Below, one piece after another: positions 29,390-39,574 of a stretch of 64,000 nt of DNA (its first letter is position 1; every line of letters starts with the position of its first letter). The notes under the pieces are model-generated. The model was not told the origin of the DNA. It saw only the letters and a list, made by a program, of their open reading frames with translations, and did no database searches. The stretch comes from Cyanobacteria bacterium P01_F01_bin.150 (GTDB taxonomy: Bacteria; Cyanobacteriota; Cyanobacteriia; CAKZMO01): positions 32,001 through 96,000 of the forward strand of contig JBCCYL010000003.1 of NCBI GenBank assembly GCA_039189765.1. The letters run 5' to 3'. A program made the translations under genes and the position numbers.

Positions 29390-29550
29390 TTATAAAGACA
29401 ATCCCACAGAGATGTTCATAACAGAAAACCTGTGGAAGCTGGGCAAGGTCGGATAAGATGTTGTGTGGGCAGTATATAGATTATCTATCGCCCCACTCTT
29501 GCACGTTGTATTAAGCAACGCAATTCCCCGAACACAGTCGTCGTAGTTCA

Positions 29551-32232
29551 ATGACAAAGGCAAAACCCAAAGCACATGTAAAGGCAAACTCTAAGGCAGA
29601 GGCGGCTCCTTTTCCGTCCATGTCTGGAGAAGACATTCGTCAAACGTTTCTGGACTTTTACGCAGCGCGATCGCACAAAATTTTACCCAGTGCCTCATTG
29701 ATACCAGAAGACCCGACAGTGTTGTTGACCATTGCCGGAATGCTTCAATTTAAGCCCATTTTCTTGGGACAGCGCAAGGCTGAAGTGGATCGAGCCACGA
29801 CGACTCAGAAGTGTATTCGCACCAACGACATTGAAAACGTAGGCCGGACAAAGCGACACCATACGTTTTTTGAGATGTTGGGGAATTTTAGTTTCGGCGA
29901 TTACTTTAAGAAAGAGGCGATCGCCTGGGCTTGGGAGCTGTCCACGGAAGTCTTTAAGCTGCCTCCAAAGCAGCTTGTGGTCAGTGTTTTTAGAGAGGAC
30001 AATGAAGCCTTTGATATCTGGCGGGATGACATTGGCGTCCCGGTCAATCGCATTAAGCGCATGGACGAGGCCGATAATTTTTGGAACTCTGGCCCGACTG
30101 GACCCTGTGGTCCTTGTTCTGAAATTTACTATGACTTCCATCCGGAACGGGGCGAAGACAATATTGACCTGGAAGACGACACTCGTTTTATCGAGTTCTA
30201 CAATCTGGTCTTTATGCAGTACAACCAGGATGCGGACGGCAATCTTACTCCCCTTGAAAAGCAGAATATTGATACCGGCATGGGGCTGGAGCGGATGGCT
30301 CAAATTCTCCAGCGGGTCCCCAACAACTATGAAACCGATCTGATTATTCCCATTATCCAAACCGCTGCTGAGATTGCGGGCATGGAGTACACCAAGGTGG
30401 ATGAAAAGACCAAAACCTCACTAAAGGTGATTGGCGACCATATCCGGGCAGTGGTTCACTTGATTGCGGATGGTGTTAGGGCCTCCAACACCGATCGGGG
30501 CTATGTGCTACGACGGCTAATTCGCCGAGTCGTTCGTCACGGTCGTTTATTGGGCATCGACAAGCCTTTCACCGTAGAGGTGGCAGAAAAGGCGATCGCC
30601 CTTTCAGAAAAAGTATTCGCCAATGTGCGGGAGCGGGAATCCGTAGTTAAAACGGAGCTGGAACGAGAGGAGCTTCAGTTCTTAAAGACCCTGGAACGGG
30701 GCGAGAAGTTAGTGGCGGATATCCTAGAGCAAAAGCCCAAGCAAATTTCAGGGAAGGATGCCTTTGATCTTTATGATACCTATGGATTTCCCCTGGAGCT
30801 GACCCAAGAGATTGCCGAGGAAAACGACATTACGGTTGATGTCGAGGGCTTTAAAGTGGAGATGGAGAAGCAGCGAAAGCGCTCCCAGGATGCCCACGAA
30901 TCCATCGACCTTACAGTGCAGGGTAGCATTGATAGGCTGGCCAAGATTATTGATGGCACCCATTTCCTAGGCTATACGGACTTCCAATCCACTGCCACGG
31001 TAAAGGCTATTTTAGTGGATGGTCAAACTGTGGATACGGCCTCGGCCGGAGCGACCGTCCAGGTGATTCTTGACCAAACGCCCTTCTATGCTGAATCAGG
31101 GGGCCAAATTGGCGATCGCGGCACTTTTTCTGGAGACGACTTAACGGTTCAAATCACCGATGTCCAGAAAGAAGCAGGCATCTTTATTCACTTTGGCACC
31201 GTTGAACAAGGGACCCTGTCCGTTGGCGATACGATCACGGCCAATATCGACGTGGAAGGTCGCCGTCGCCTCAATGCCAACCATACTGCAACCCATCTAT
31301 TGCAGTCCGCGTTGAAGAAGATCGTTGCTGATGAAGTATCCCAAGCCGGCTCGTTAGTCGCCCTTGATCGGTTGCGATTTGACTTTAACTGTCCACGGGC
31401 GCTTACCCCCGAAGACGTGGCCCAGGTAGAAATGTGGGTCAATATTTGGATTGCTGAGGCCCACGGTCTTGAAGTTTCAACGATGCCCATCGCCGAGGCA
31501 AAAGCGAAGGGGGCGATCGCCATGTTTGGCGAGAAATACGGTGATGTGGTGCGGGTGGTGGATTTCCCCGGCGTCTCCATGGAGCTGTGTGGCGGCACCC
31601 ATGTCTTAAATACGGCTGAGCTGGGAGCCTTTCGCATTACCTCTGAAACGGGTATTTCCGCTGGCATTCGCCGGGTTGAGGCGGTGGCAGGACCAGCAAT
31701 CCTTGATTACCTCAAGGTGCGTGACCAGGTGGTGAAAGAGCTGGGCGATCGCTTTAAGGTCCAGCCCGAGGAAGTCGTGGGTCGCGTCAATGCGATTCAG
31801 GCCGAACTTAAGGAAACCCAGAAGCAGCTTGCGGCTCTCAAGTCAGAGCTAGCCATTGCTAAATCCAGCCAGCTGTTAAGCAATACGGAAACCGTTGGTG
31901 ATTACCAAATTCTAGTGGCGAATTTGGGTGAAATGGATGCAAATGCAACTAAAACTGCGGCTGAACAGCTTCAGCAAAAGCTAGGGGCAAACAGTGCAGT
32001 GGTGCTGGGGGCGATTCCAGCAGAGGGCAAAGTAAGTCTAGTGGCGGCATTTGGAGCAGATATTAATAAAGCAGGGCTACAGGCCGGTAAGTTTATTGGT
32101 GCCGTTGCCAAGATCTGTGGCGGTGGCGGCGGTGGCCGCCCCAATCTTGCTCAAGCAGGGGGCCGTGATGCGAGCAAGCTTCCAGAAGCGCTGGACAAAG
32201 CTATGGCTGATTTAAAGGCTGCATTGGGTTAA
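29551..32232 (+). CDS. alaS: Alanine--tRNA ligase
   Basis: DPTVLLTIAGM, QKCIRTNDIENVG, HHTFFEMLGNFSFGDYFK, NHTATHLL, ELCGGTH, GGGGGRP. Confidence 0.98.
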   Translation: MTKAKPKAHVKANSKAEAAPFPSMSGEDIRQTFLDFYAARSHKILPSASLIPEDPTVLLTIAGMLQFKPIFLGQRKAEVDRATTTQKCIRTNDIENVGRTKRHHTFFEMLGNFSFGDYFKKEAIAWAWELSTEVFKLPPKQLVVSVFREDNEAFDIWRDDIGVPVNRIKRMDEADNFWNSGPTGPCGPCSEIYYDFHPERGEDNIDLEDDTRFIEFYNLVFMQYNQDADGNLTPLEKQNIDTGMGLERMAQILQRVPNNYETDLIIPIIQTAAEIAGMEYTKVDEKTKTSLKVIGDHIRAVVHLIADGVRASNTDRGYVLRRLIRRVVRHGRLLGIDKPFTVEVAEKAIALSEKVFANVRERESVVKTELEREELQFLKTLERGEKLVADILEQKPKQISGKDAFDLYDTYGFPLELTQEIAEENDITVDVEGFKVEMEKQRKRSQDAHESIDLTVQGSIDRLAKIIDGTHFLGYTDFQSTATVKAILVDGQTVDTASAGATVQVILDQTPFYAESGGQIGDRGTFSGDDLTVQITDVQKEAGIFIHFGTVEQGTLSVGDTITANIDVEGRRRLNANHTATHLLQSALKKIVADEVSQAGSLVALDRLRFDFNCPRALTPEDVAQVEMWVNIWIAEAHGLEVSTMPIAEAKAKGAIAMFGEKYGDVVRVVDFPGVSMELCGGTHVLNTAELGAFRITSETGISAGIRRVEAVAGPAILDYLKVRDQVVKELGDRFKVQPEEVVGRVNAIQAELKETQKQLAALKSELAIAKSSQLLSNTETVGDYQILVANLGEMDANATKTAAEQLQQKLGANSAVVLGAIPAEGKVSLVAAFGADINKAGLQAGKFIGAVAKICGGGGGGRPNLAQAGGRDASKLPEALDKAMADLKAALG

Positions 32233-32264
32233 AGTCATATCTATAGAGTCAACCTAATAGTCTG

Positions 32265-32309
32265 AAGCGATCGCTATTTTCCCCTCTGGAGAGCGATCGT
32301 TTCTTTTTA
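32265..32309 (+). terminator. Possible intrinsic terminator after alaS
   Basis: AAGCGATCGCT...AGCGATCGTTT stem followed by CTTTTT; the loop is long. Confidence 0.4.
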
Positions 32310-32424
32310 CTGTCAGAAGAAATACTTGGGTTATCAGCGCTTCAGCGCGATATGAATCATTATTACCCTGTGTATCATGGGATTAGGAGCAGTCGCTTCT
32401 AGATTCATCTAGGATTTTTAACTT

Positions 32425-34776
32425 ATGATCGGGACTATCTCTAAAATGACCCCCAAAAAGGTCATAGGCAATCCTCTACGGCTATTGATTATTCATCAGA
32501 AGCTACATATTCAAGCTATTTATACAGAACTGGAAAAAGCCGGGATTGAATACTACTGCGATATTACCCAACGGGTTCTGACTTGTGAGCAGCTAGTCGC
32601 CACGCATCACTATGATGCAGTCTTATGTGATGAGACGGTATCTAATGAGGAACCAAGCGGAGAAAACGCATTAGATATCTTTCGAGCTATTCAGAAAGCA
32701 GGTAAAGGCATCCCGTTTATCGTACTCACGACGGAAGCTAAAGAGAAAACGGCTCTGGCCTGGGTAAATGATGGCATAACGGATTATGTGATAAGCGATC
32801 GCCTGTTTCGTTTACCGATGGTCCTAAAGCGATCGCTCCACACATTTACCCTCCAGCGTCAGCAACAGGAGAGCATTAACCAACTACAGCAACAGGCCCG
32901 AAAGGAAACGATTATTAGCCATATCCTCCAAGCAATGAGAAAGACTCTGGTATTGGAGGACATTTTACAAACGACTCTTAATCAACTACAAGATGCCCTA
33001 GAGGTGACCCGATGTCTATTTTTGCGATTTTCTGAGGTTGATTTTCGCATTCGATACATTGGTGAGACCACGCCCCATCGAGACCAAATGTATGATGTAC
33101 GCTGCGATTTGTGTAACTTCTACCGGTATTTATTGGTCAATGGTCAATTTGTCATTATTCAAGAATTTGACAAAGTTCCCGTCCCCGCTCAAAAGATAGC
33201 ACAGGACTTTAGCCTCTCAGCATCCATATTGGCTCCCCTGATTTATAATCAGCGATGTTTAGGCTTAATTTGTCTCCATCAGTGTACTAATGATGGTGAA
33301 CGAGACTGGACCCATGATGAAGTCCGGTTAGTAAAGGCGATTGCCAACCAATGCGCAATCGCCGTTTATCAATCAGAGCTCTACAGTAAGGCCCAACAAG
33401 AATTAGAGAAACGCGAACAGGTGGAAGCCAAACTCCGATACGATGCCTTCCATGATAGCCTCACCAATTTGCCAAACCGCACCCTCTTAACCCATCGTCT
33501 GAGCCATGCGTTAGAACGCGCTAAACATGAATCATTAAGTCGTCTAGATACACACACAGAACAAGAAGAGATATGCACGTTTGCGGTCTTGTTTATTGAT
33601 TTGGATCATTTTAAGGATATCAATGATAGCTTAGGGCATCTGGTGGGCGATCGCCTCCTGTGTGATGTTGCCAAGCGACTAGAATCCTGTATCCATTCCT
33701 GGGATACCATTGCTCGCCTAGGAGGGGATGAGTTTGTCGTCTTGATGGAAGAGATGACGGGGATAGCGGCAGCCATAGAAATGGCGGAGCATATTCACCG
33801 AGTATTGACCACTCCTTTACTTCTAGATGGCCAAGAAATTTTCATCAATGCCAGCATTGGGATTGCTCCGGGCTGTAGCCATTATGAACAATCGGCTCAA
33901 CTGCTGCGGGATGCTGATTCAGCGATGTATCGGGCCAAGCAAGACGGACGTCACGGCTACAAGGTTTTTGATGAATCGATGCATATTCAAGCATTGCAGC
34001 GCCTCAACCTGATGAATTCCCTTCGGAGCGCGATCGAAACCCAAGCCTTGCAAGTGTACTATCAGCCGATTATTAGTCTACCCAACCACCAGTTAGAAGG
34101 GTTTGAAGCCCTTGTTCGCTGGCACCATCCCCAACAGGGGCTGTTAACGCCGGATCGATTCATTGCCATGGCAGAAGAGACGGGGCTGATTTTCCCATTG
34201 GATCTTGCTGTTTTAGAGATGGCCTGCTGTCAGTTGCGAAGCTTGCGAACCCAATTTCCTCATCAGTCTTTAACTATCAGCGTCAATTTTTCTGGCAAAG
34301 AGTTATCTTACACTGACCTAATGGAGCAAATCGATCATATTCTTGGGGTTACAGGTGTTGATGCAGCGGGTCTTAAGCTGGAAATTACCGAAAGCAGCAT
34401 TATGCAAAATGATGCGATCGCCATGGAGCAGCTCCAGCAAATTAAGGCTCGTAACATCGAGCTATCCATCGATGATTTTGGCACTGGATATTCTTCACTG
34501 AGCTATCTACAACATTTACCCGTAGATCTTCTCAAAATTGATCGAGCATTTATCGATGCCATTGATCGCAACAGCACCAATTTAAAAATTGTTGAAACAA
34601 TTACAAACCTTGCCCATAGCCTAAATATCAGAGTTGTCGCAGAGGGGGTTGAGACCCATGCTCAGCTAGAACAGCTCACTCGCCTACAATGCGAATATGC
34701 CCAAGGCCATTTATTTGCAAAACCCATGCCAGCGACAGAGGTGGCTCAGTTTATACGCGATTATAATCTTCCCTAA
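32425..34776 (+). CDS. REC-like + GAF + GGDEF + EAL diguanylate cyclase/phosphodiesterase
   Basis: HDSLTNLPNR, RLGGDEF, FEALVRW, DDFGTGYSS, VAEGVET. Confidence 0.95.
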   Translation: MIGTISKMTPKKVIGNPLRLLIIHQKLHIQAIYTELEKAGIEYYCDITQRVLTCEQLVATHHYDAVLCDETVSNEEPSGENALDIFRAIQKAGKGIPFIVLTTEAKEKTALAWVNDGITDYVISDRLFRLPMVLKRSLHTFTLQRQQQESINQLQQQARKETIISHILQAMRKTLVLEDILQTTLNQLQDALEVTRCLFLRFSEVDFRIRYIGETTPHRDQMYDVRCDLCNFYRYLLVNGQFVIIQEFDKVPVPAQKIAQDFSLSASILAPLIYNQRCLGLICLHQCTNDGERDWTHDEVRLVKAIANQCAIAVYQSELYSKAQQELEKREQVEAKLRYDAFHDSLTNLPNRTLLTHRLSHALERAKHESLSRLDTHTEQEEICTFAVLFIDLDHFKDINDSLGHLVGDRLLCDVAKRLESCIHSWDTIARLGGDEFVVLMEEMTGIAAAIEMAEHIHRVLTTPLLLDGQEIFINASIGIAPGCSHYEQSAQLLRDADSAMYRAKQDGRHGYKVFDESMHIQALQRLNLMNSLRSAIETQALQVYYQPIISLPNHQLEGFEALVRWHHPQQGLLTPDRFIAMAEETGLIFPLDLAVLEMACCQLRSLRTQFPHQSLTISVNFSGKELSYTDLMEQIDHILGVTGVDAAGLKLEITESSIMQNDAIAMEQLQQIKARNIELSIDDFGTGYSSLSYLQHLPVDLLKIDRAFIDAIDRNSTNLKIVETITNLAHSLNIRVVAEGVETHAQLEQLTRLQCEYAQGHLFAKPMPATEVAQFIRDYNLP

Positions 34777-34880
34777 TCTCAAAAAGCTCTTCCTTGAGTT
34801 GCCCAAAGCGCATTGTCTCCAATATTCGACCCGCGTAAATAAACAGGGTGGTTTCTGGAGCTGCCACACCATGTGCAGAG

Positions 34881-35202
34881 CTAGGACCCTGGCATCGGCA
34901 GGACAACGATAGTGGCAGTTTCAGGGGCTGGAGCTTTACCAAACCACGTTTTATGAATCTCAGCCAGAGTGCCATCCTCTTTGAGAGTGGTAATCGCTGC
35001 ATTGACTTGATCGCGGAGAGGATTCTCTTGGCTAAACATCAATAGCAATGCCTAAGGTAATTCCATACCCGCAGTAGATTTGCTGTCCAATGCTCAAATG
35101 TTGGGTTTTGAGTAATAACTTTGGGATGCGCACAACGGAGCCAACCCCAGTATGCTTTTTCTGAGTGGACTGAGACACTGGGATAGGATCTGGCTCGGCC
35201 AT
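34881..35202 (-). pseudogene. Chimeric remnant: sensor-protein-like N-terminus (35032-35202) abutting the C-terminus of an amino-acid ABC substrate-binding protein (34881-35042)
   Basis: Manual translation: ..LSIGQQIYCGYGITLGIAI, then in another frame LMFSQENPLRDQVNAAITTLKEDGTLAEIHKTWFG..*. Confidence 0.6.
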
Positions 35203-35334
35203 TAGTTATGTAGAACCATAGACAATATGAAGCGTTGAGGGAAAACGCTAGGACTTAGAGGGTAGTTGCCACCGCAATAGTAGCGATTTTATTTCAGGCG
35301 TACCCACCCATCGTGAACGTTTTGATTAGAATCC

Positions 35335-35376
35335 TTGTGAGGAGCGATCGCTAGGGTAGGCGATCGCTCCTCACAA
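35335..35376. repeat. 17-bp inverted repeat with a HIP1 site in each arm
   Basis: TTGTGAGGAGCGATCGC-TAGGGTAG-GCGATCGCTCCTCACAA. Confidence 0.75.
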
Positions 35377-35510
35377 AAATAATATGCCCATCTCGCTGAT
35401 ATATGTTAACCCATCAGCACACACCCGTCTTCAGCTTACTCAAGGCTAGTGAAACGCAACCTTATCCTCCCCTCAACCATAAGTCATACTGCCAACGGCT
35501 AAGATTTGGA

Positions 35511-35540
35511 GGTGTGTCCCCCGCGCAGCGGGGACACACC
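35511..35540 (-). terminator. Hairpin abutting the stop codon of the FAD oxidoreductase
   Basis: GGTGTGTCCCC...GGGGACACACC; no clear U-tract. Confidence 0.4.
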
Positions 35541-37457
35541 TTATAAAAAGTCCAGCACTCGGCCGTGCAGAGTATATGTCTGTACCGTTTCTGTTCTCAA
35601 CCAAGGACCAGACCTATTCCAATATCCCTGCACCGTCATAGCAGTTTTATTAGGCCACGTTGCCAAGTGCTGCCTAACATCGGGATTTAGGGTAATTAAA
35701 GGCAAAAAGTCAACATGAAACTCAGACTGTAAATAAGATTGAAGTGCCAGCCGATAAGTCCCATCATCTATTCGTTCAAACTGGCCCGTAACCGTGACCC
35801 ATTGGGAGACATTGCTATTGTTTGACAGTAAGTTGGAGCCAATATTTTCATGGGAAGAAAAATGCGAGGTAGATGGACTTAAAGCAATATCTGCTTCAAG
35901 TATTGCCAGGTCATCGAGCCCATGTTCCAGACCGTGTCGTTGCCAATATTGCCACTTAGGATGATGGGGCAAACTATTCAACAAGGGAATAACGGCTGCG
36001 GGGGCGATCGCGTCCGTCAATAGCGCCTCCTGCAATATTCGCACGGGCAAGTCCCTGGGCTGACACCCTCGTTCAATACACAAAGCAGCGGCCATCCCCG
36101 CCGCTTGACCGATATTCATCACCGTAGGCTGTAGCCGAGTAGCTCCATTGGCAATATGGGAGACAGAAATATTTTTCTCACAGACGAGAAATCCATCCAT
36201 CGTTTCAGGAATCAAACATCTGTAGGGCAAAGCAAACGGCGTTCCGGTCCAGCGACCGCCCCAGCGTATGGATTTTGGGGCCAGCGTTAATAGCTCAGAT
36301 TCAGGCGAGGGATAGTGGTGGTCGTTGGCATAGTTGCCAATGGCGATCGCCTCAATTTCCCCATATTCATTTACGGGCAACGGTGCTATCCCGCTATCCC
36401 CCAAAGGCAAAATATCCTGTTCCCGGACGGTCACAAGTCCCTGAAGTCGTCGGCTTTCACGATAGTACGGATAAAGGGCATAGGCTCCTCCGCCTAGACT
36501 GTTTGGGGCGAGGGGAAAGGTATCGCTGGCCAAGCCATATCGCTGGCCTATATTAGCCTGGATATGTTGGGCAAAGGCTTGGGTATGCCAACGGGCCTCT
36601 TTGAGATACTCCCGTCGGGACTGCTCGGATTGCACCAGACGATTAAGGTCTTTCCCATAGTCATTGCCGTGCTGGGGCCAGTTGATCATAAAGCGATCGC
36701 CCGGCAGTCGCCCATAGTTGATAAATCTTTCTGGCCCATAGCCTTTCCAGGCATGGGCAAAGCCAGGCGGGGGAGCGGTCGGCGGATGAGTTGGGGAACA
36801 AGTGGGCGGAACAGGAATAGTTGGAGCCGTCTCCCCCTCACCAAAATCCTGCATTACTACCACCCATGTCGGCAGCTGCACTGGATAGGTTTTAGTCAGG
36901 TTGTTAGGCTCACGGAGTGCACTGGGTTCATCCCACTGACTAACTTCTGGCCAATCCCAGCCCCATCGATAGGGGATCTCAGCCAAGGCCATCACATCTC
37001 CAAGTTCCGTCCCATCAAGGATAATTTGGGCTTCAATCTCAATGTTATCGAATGTCACGGTGGTGACTTGGCTATCCGTTTTCCCAACTGTCACAGGCTT
37101 CTGGCCTGATATCCAATGCAAATTGGGCAACGCTTGGACCCAGTCGGCAAAAATCTTAGCCCCCACCCGTGGCTCAAACGTAAAGCAACTCACCCAGCCG
37201 TGGTCTATTCCACCCGCTTGCCGCTGCTGCACCGTCCGTAAAAAATCTCCCCAGATCCCTGTTTGTAGCGCCAGCAACTCGTTGCCATCCGGAGCACTTA
37301 CCCCCGCACTGGTCAGCATTCCCCCCAGCCAGGAAAACTCGCTAACCAGGGTCACTTGAGTATCTAAAGCGCGGCCCCGCCGAGCCGCCTGAATTGCCGC
37401 AACGGTTCCTCCCGTCCCACCACCGACGATTAAAATATCGGTTTTATAGTGTTTCAT
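35541..37457 (-). CDS. FAD-dependent oxidoreductase
   Basis: DILIVGGGTGG, LGGMLTSAGV, YYRESRR, SHIANGATRLQP, GQAAG. Confidence 0.9.
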   Translation of the reverse strand: MKHYKTDILIVGGGTGGTVAAIQAARRGRALDTQVTLVSEFSWLGGMLTSAGVSAPDGNELLALQTGIWGDFLRTVQQRQAGGIDHGWVSCFTFEPRVGAKIFADWVQALPNLHWISGQKPVTVGKTDSQVTTVTFDNIEIEAQIILDGTELGDVMALAEIPYRWGWDWPEVSQWDEPSALREPNNLTKTYPVQLPTWVVVMQDFGEGETAPTIPVPPTCSPTHPPTAPPPGFAHAWKGYGPERFINYGRLPGDRFMINWPQHGNDYGKDLNRLVQSEQSRREYLKEARWHTQAFAQHIQANIGQRYGLASDTFPLAPNSLGGGAYALYPYYRESRRLQGLVTVREQDILPLGDSGIAPLPVNEYGEIEAIAIGNYANDHHYPSPESELLTLAPKSIRWGGRWTGTPFALPYRCLIPETMDGFLVCEKNISVSHIANGATRLQPTVMNIGQAAGMAAALCIERGCQPRDLPVRILQEALLTDAIAPAAVIPLLNSLPHHPKWQYWQRHGLEHGLDDLAILEADIALSPSTSHFSSHENIGSNLLSNNSNVSQWVTVTGQFERIDDGTYRLALQSYLQSEFHVDFLPLITLNPDVRQHLATWPNKTAMTVQGYWNRSGPWLRTETVQTYTLHGRVLDFL

Positions 37458-38334
37458 CTATTCGCTGGCAATACACATCAGTACTTTGGGTTGAATGAAC
37501 AGCGATTGGTGACCACTCATGGATGACAAATTCACTCAATCCAACGTTAACGGGGCGATCGCCATCAACATTATCCCAGTCGGCAGGATTGCCCCAATCG
37601 TAGGTATAGCCCAATTGAGTCCAGGGATACGGGAGATTTTTTTTATCAATATTGCTAGGACTCATCAGTTGTCCCGAGACTTGATAGCGCTGGTCATACT
37701 GCTGATAGAACCAGCGTTGATATTGTTGTTGATGTCTCTCTGAGTTCCCTGTAAATATGCCAGTTGGCTGGAAATCAACTTCTGCTTCATGGTCGGTAAT
37801 TTCTGGGTCGGGGCTGGGGCGAAACATAAATCGAGGATCTACCCACAGTTCAACGACTTGGCGATCGCCAGATGTATCGACGGTTCCTGGTACCAAACCC
37901 AAAACCTGGCGCAGGCGCTCTTCAAGGGATACCTCTTCAGTGGGTTCATAGGCCGAACAGAATGCCTTAAGTTCAAAGGGCGGGGTGACCCAAACATCTC
38001 GGGTAACGACAAGACGTTCACCAAGCCCAAGGGTATACCCTTCCCAGCCAGTCCAAAGCGTAACCAAGACTTGACCGTGGTCGTTCCAAATTAAGTTGGG
38101 ATTATGGGGAGCGATCGCGGTCAGGTCTCGAAAAATCTCTTGGGGTTCTGGTATTCTCGCATCTCGAACCGCGTCCCAATATTCAGGCGGAAGGGTTATG
38201 GTCTCTGTTTCTGTCTCTGTCTCTCTGACCTGGGCTAGAGCGGAAAAGCCTCCCAAGAGGGTCATACACGGAAAGAGGAAAAGGGTCCCCGAAAATAGAC
38301 AAAACCTGCGGAATTGATTTAAATGGCTCATCAC
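37444..38334 (-). CDS. Hypothetical secreted protein (PWTQLGYTYDW motif)
   Basis: Signal peptide ending ALAQ; RLRQVLGL, FRPSPDPEI, GLSEFV. Confidence 0.7.
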   Translation of the reverse strand: MMSHLNQFRRFCLFSGTLFLFPCMTLLGGFSALAQVRETETETETITLPPEYWDAVRDARIPEPQEIFRDLTAIAPHNPNLIWNDHGQVLVTLWTGWEGYTLGLGERLVVTRDVWVTPPFELKAFCSAYEPTEEVSLEERLRQVLGLVPGTVDTSGDRQVVELWVDPRFMFRPSPDPEITDHEAEVDFQPTGIFTGNSERHQQQYQRWFYQQYDQRYQVSGQLMSPSNIDKKNLPYPWTQLGYTYDWGNPADWDNVDGDRPVNVGLSEFVIHEWSPIAVHSTQSTDVYCQRIDETL

Positions 38335-38341
38335 TTTAAAG

Positions 38342-38779
38342 CTAAAGAATAGTCAAATATGTATCCCAGGATTCTGAGGGTAGTACCTTCAGCGTTTGCT
38401 TTTGTAAATCTAGCTCCAGTCCCAATGCTTCCAGAGGGATGACCCCAATTAGCGGATCGCGTCCACCCGGCAATTCCAGACATTCAAATGTGCCTTCTCT
38501 TCCGCACAACGACATCTTGGCATCCTGAAAAATTCGTGCTGTACTCAATCCTGTGGCGGTGGAAACATTGACCTCTTTGAGAAGCTTTAGCCCAAGTTCT
38601 GCAATGACATTGGCGGGTAAACACAACGTGGTTGCCCCAGTATCGACCGAAACGTCATTTAGAGTAACGCTACGAACTTTTTCAGCGGGAAGTAATCCGG
38701 TTTCAGCATTCGCTTCGTCAATACGGTTAGTGACCGTTAGTGTTGTTAAAACTCTACCCATATCAGAAGTTTCGCTCAT
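38342..38779 (-). CDS. Clan AA (retropepsin-like) aspartic protease
   Basis: VDTGAT catalytic motif and LIGVIPLEALGL. Confidence 0.88.
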   Translation of the reverse strand: MSETSDMGRVLTTLTVTNRIDEANAETGLLPAEKVRSVTLNDVSVDTGATTLCLPANVIAELGLKLLKEVNVSTATGLSTARIFQDAKMSLCGREGTFECLELPGGRDPLIGVIPLEALGLELDLQKQTLKVLPSESWDTYLTIL

Positions 38780-38957
38780 CTAATTATCCTCCGGGTCAGT
38801 CTATCCTAATTATGACAGCTCGCGCTGATGGACAAGGCTACGGTTGAAAATTAGGTTCGGATCATGAAAATGCTCTTCGCTGTAGTCAGAAATACCGTGT
38901 TCGGGAAACCTGAAGAAAGATAGTCAGCAAATATTTACTCTGAACTGGTATGGAACG

Positions 38958-39384
38958 GCGATCGCTTCGGTATATCGCCTTCGATTAGTGTAATCACTTG
39001 GGTCGCCAATTCTTACGAAAGTGCCTTGGCTTCCTGGGGCACATCAAAGATTTCGTCGTTTGCGTAAAAGAGCGATCGCGGCACAACAGTCCATGCTGAG
39101 TCCTTTAGAGCAACAAACGGAATGGCAGGCGAGAGTTCTGCCGCTTCGGAATAGTCCACAAGGGCAACATTTTGCTTGCGTTCAAACTCCAGACTTGCAA
39201 CGGGCACTTCCTTCATTTGTGTGGCTTTAACATCAAAACGACGACGGGTTTTGCGAGTTTGGCAAACCGTTATAAACGCTTGGATTGTTTTTTCTAACGG
39301 TGCCTTAACGGCTATCAGCGTGTACTCTGGATGACCCTGATAAATCATGTCTACAAAATCAATGATGCCTAAGGTTTCCGTCAT
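38958..39384 (-). pseudogene. Truncated hypothetical gene with a probable premature stop
   Basis: ORF 39013..39384 reads on past TAA as ELATQVITLIEGD up to a HIP1 site at 38958. Confidence 0.45.
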
Positions 39385-39574
39385 AATTGATTATCCCGTT
39401 TTAAGTGAGTGAGTCATTTCAATGGTGAGCCACCGTGTTAGTGTCTTATCCAGTACCAGCATTCCCAATCCCAGAGGGTAATCATGCTTAAAGATAAATC
39501 AAGGTGTCTTCAGGCATAGGCATTTGATGCCATAATTTTTATCTGACGCACTCTTACGTTTGGACCCTGGTTCT

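Noticed and set aside
35335..35376. Possible Yfr1/Yfr2 sRNA because of the CTCCTCAC / GTGAGGAG motif
   Set aside because: It lacks the full ACTCCTCACAC and GGAAAC motifs and is explained as a simple inverted repeat
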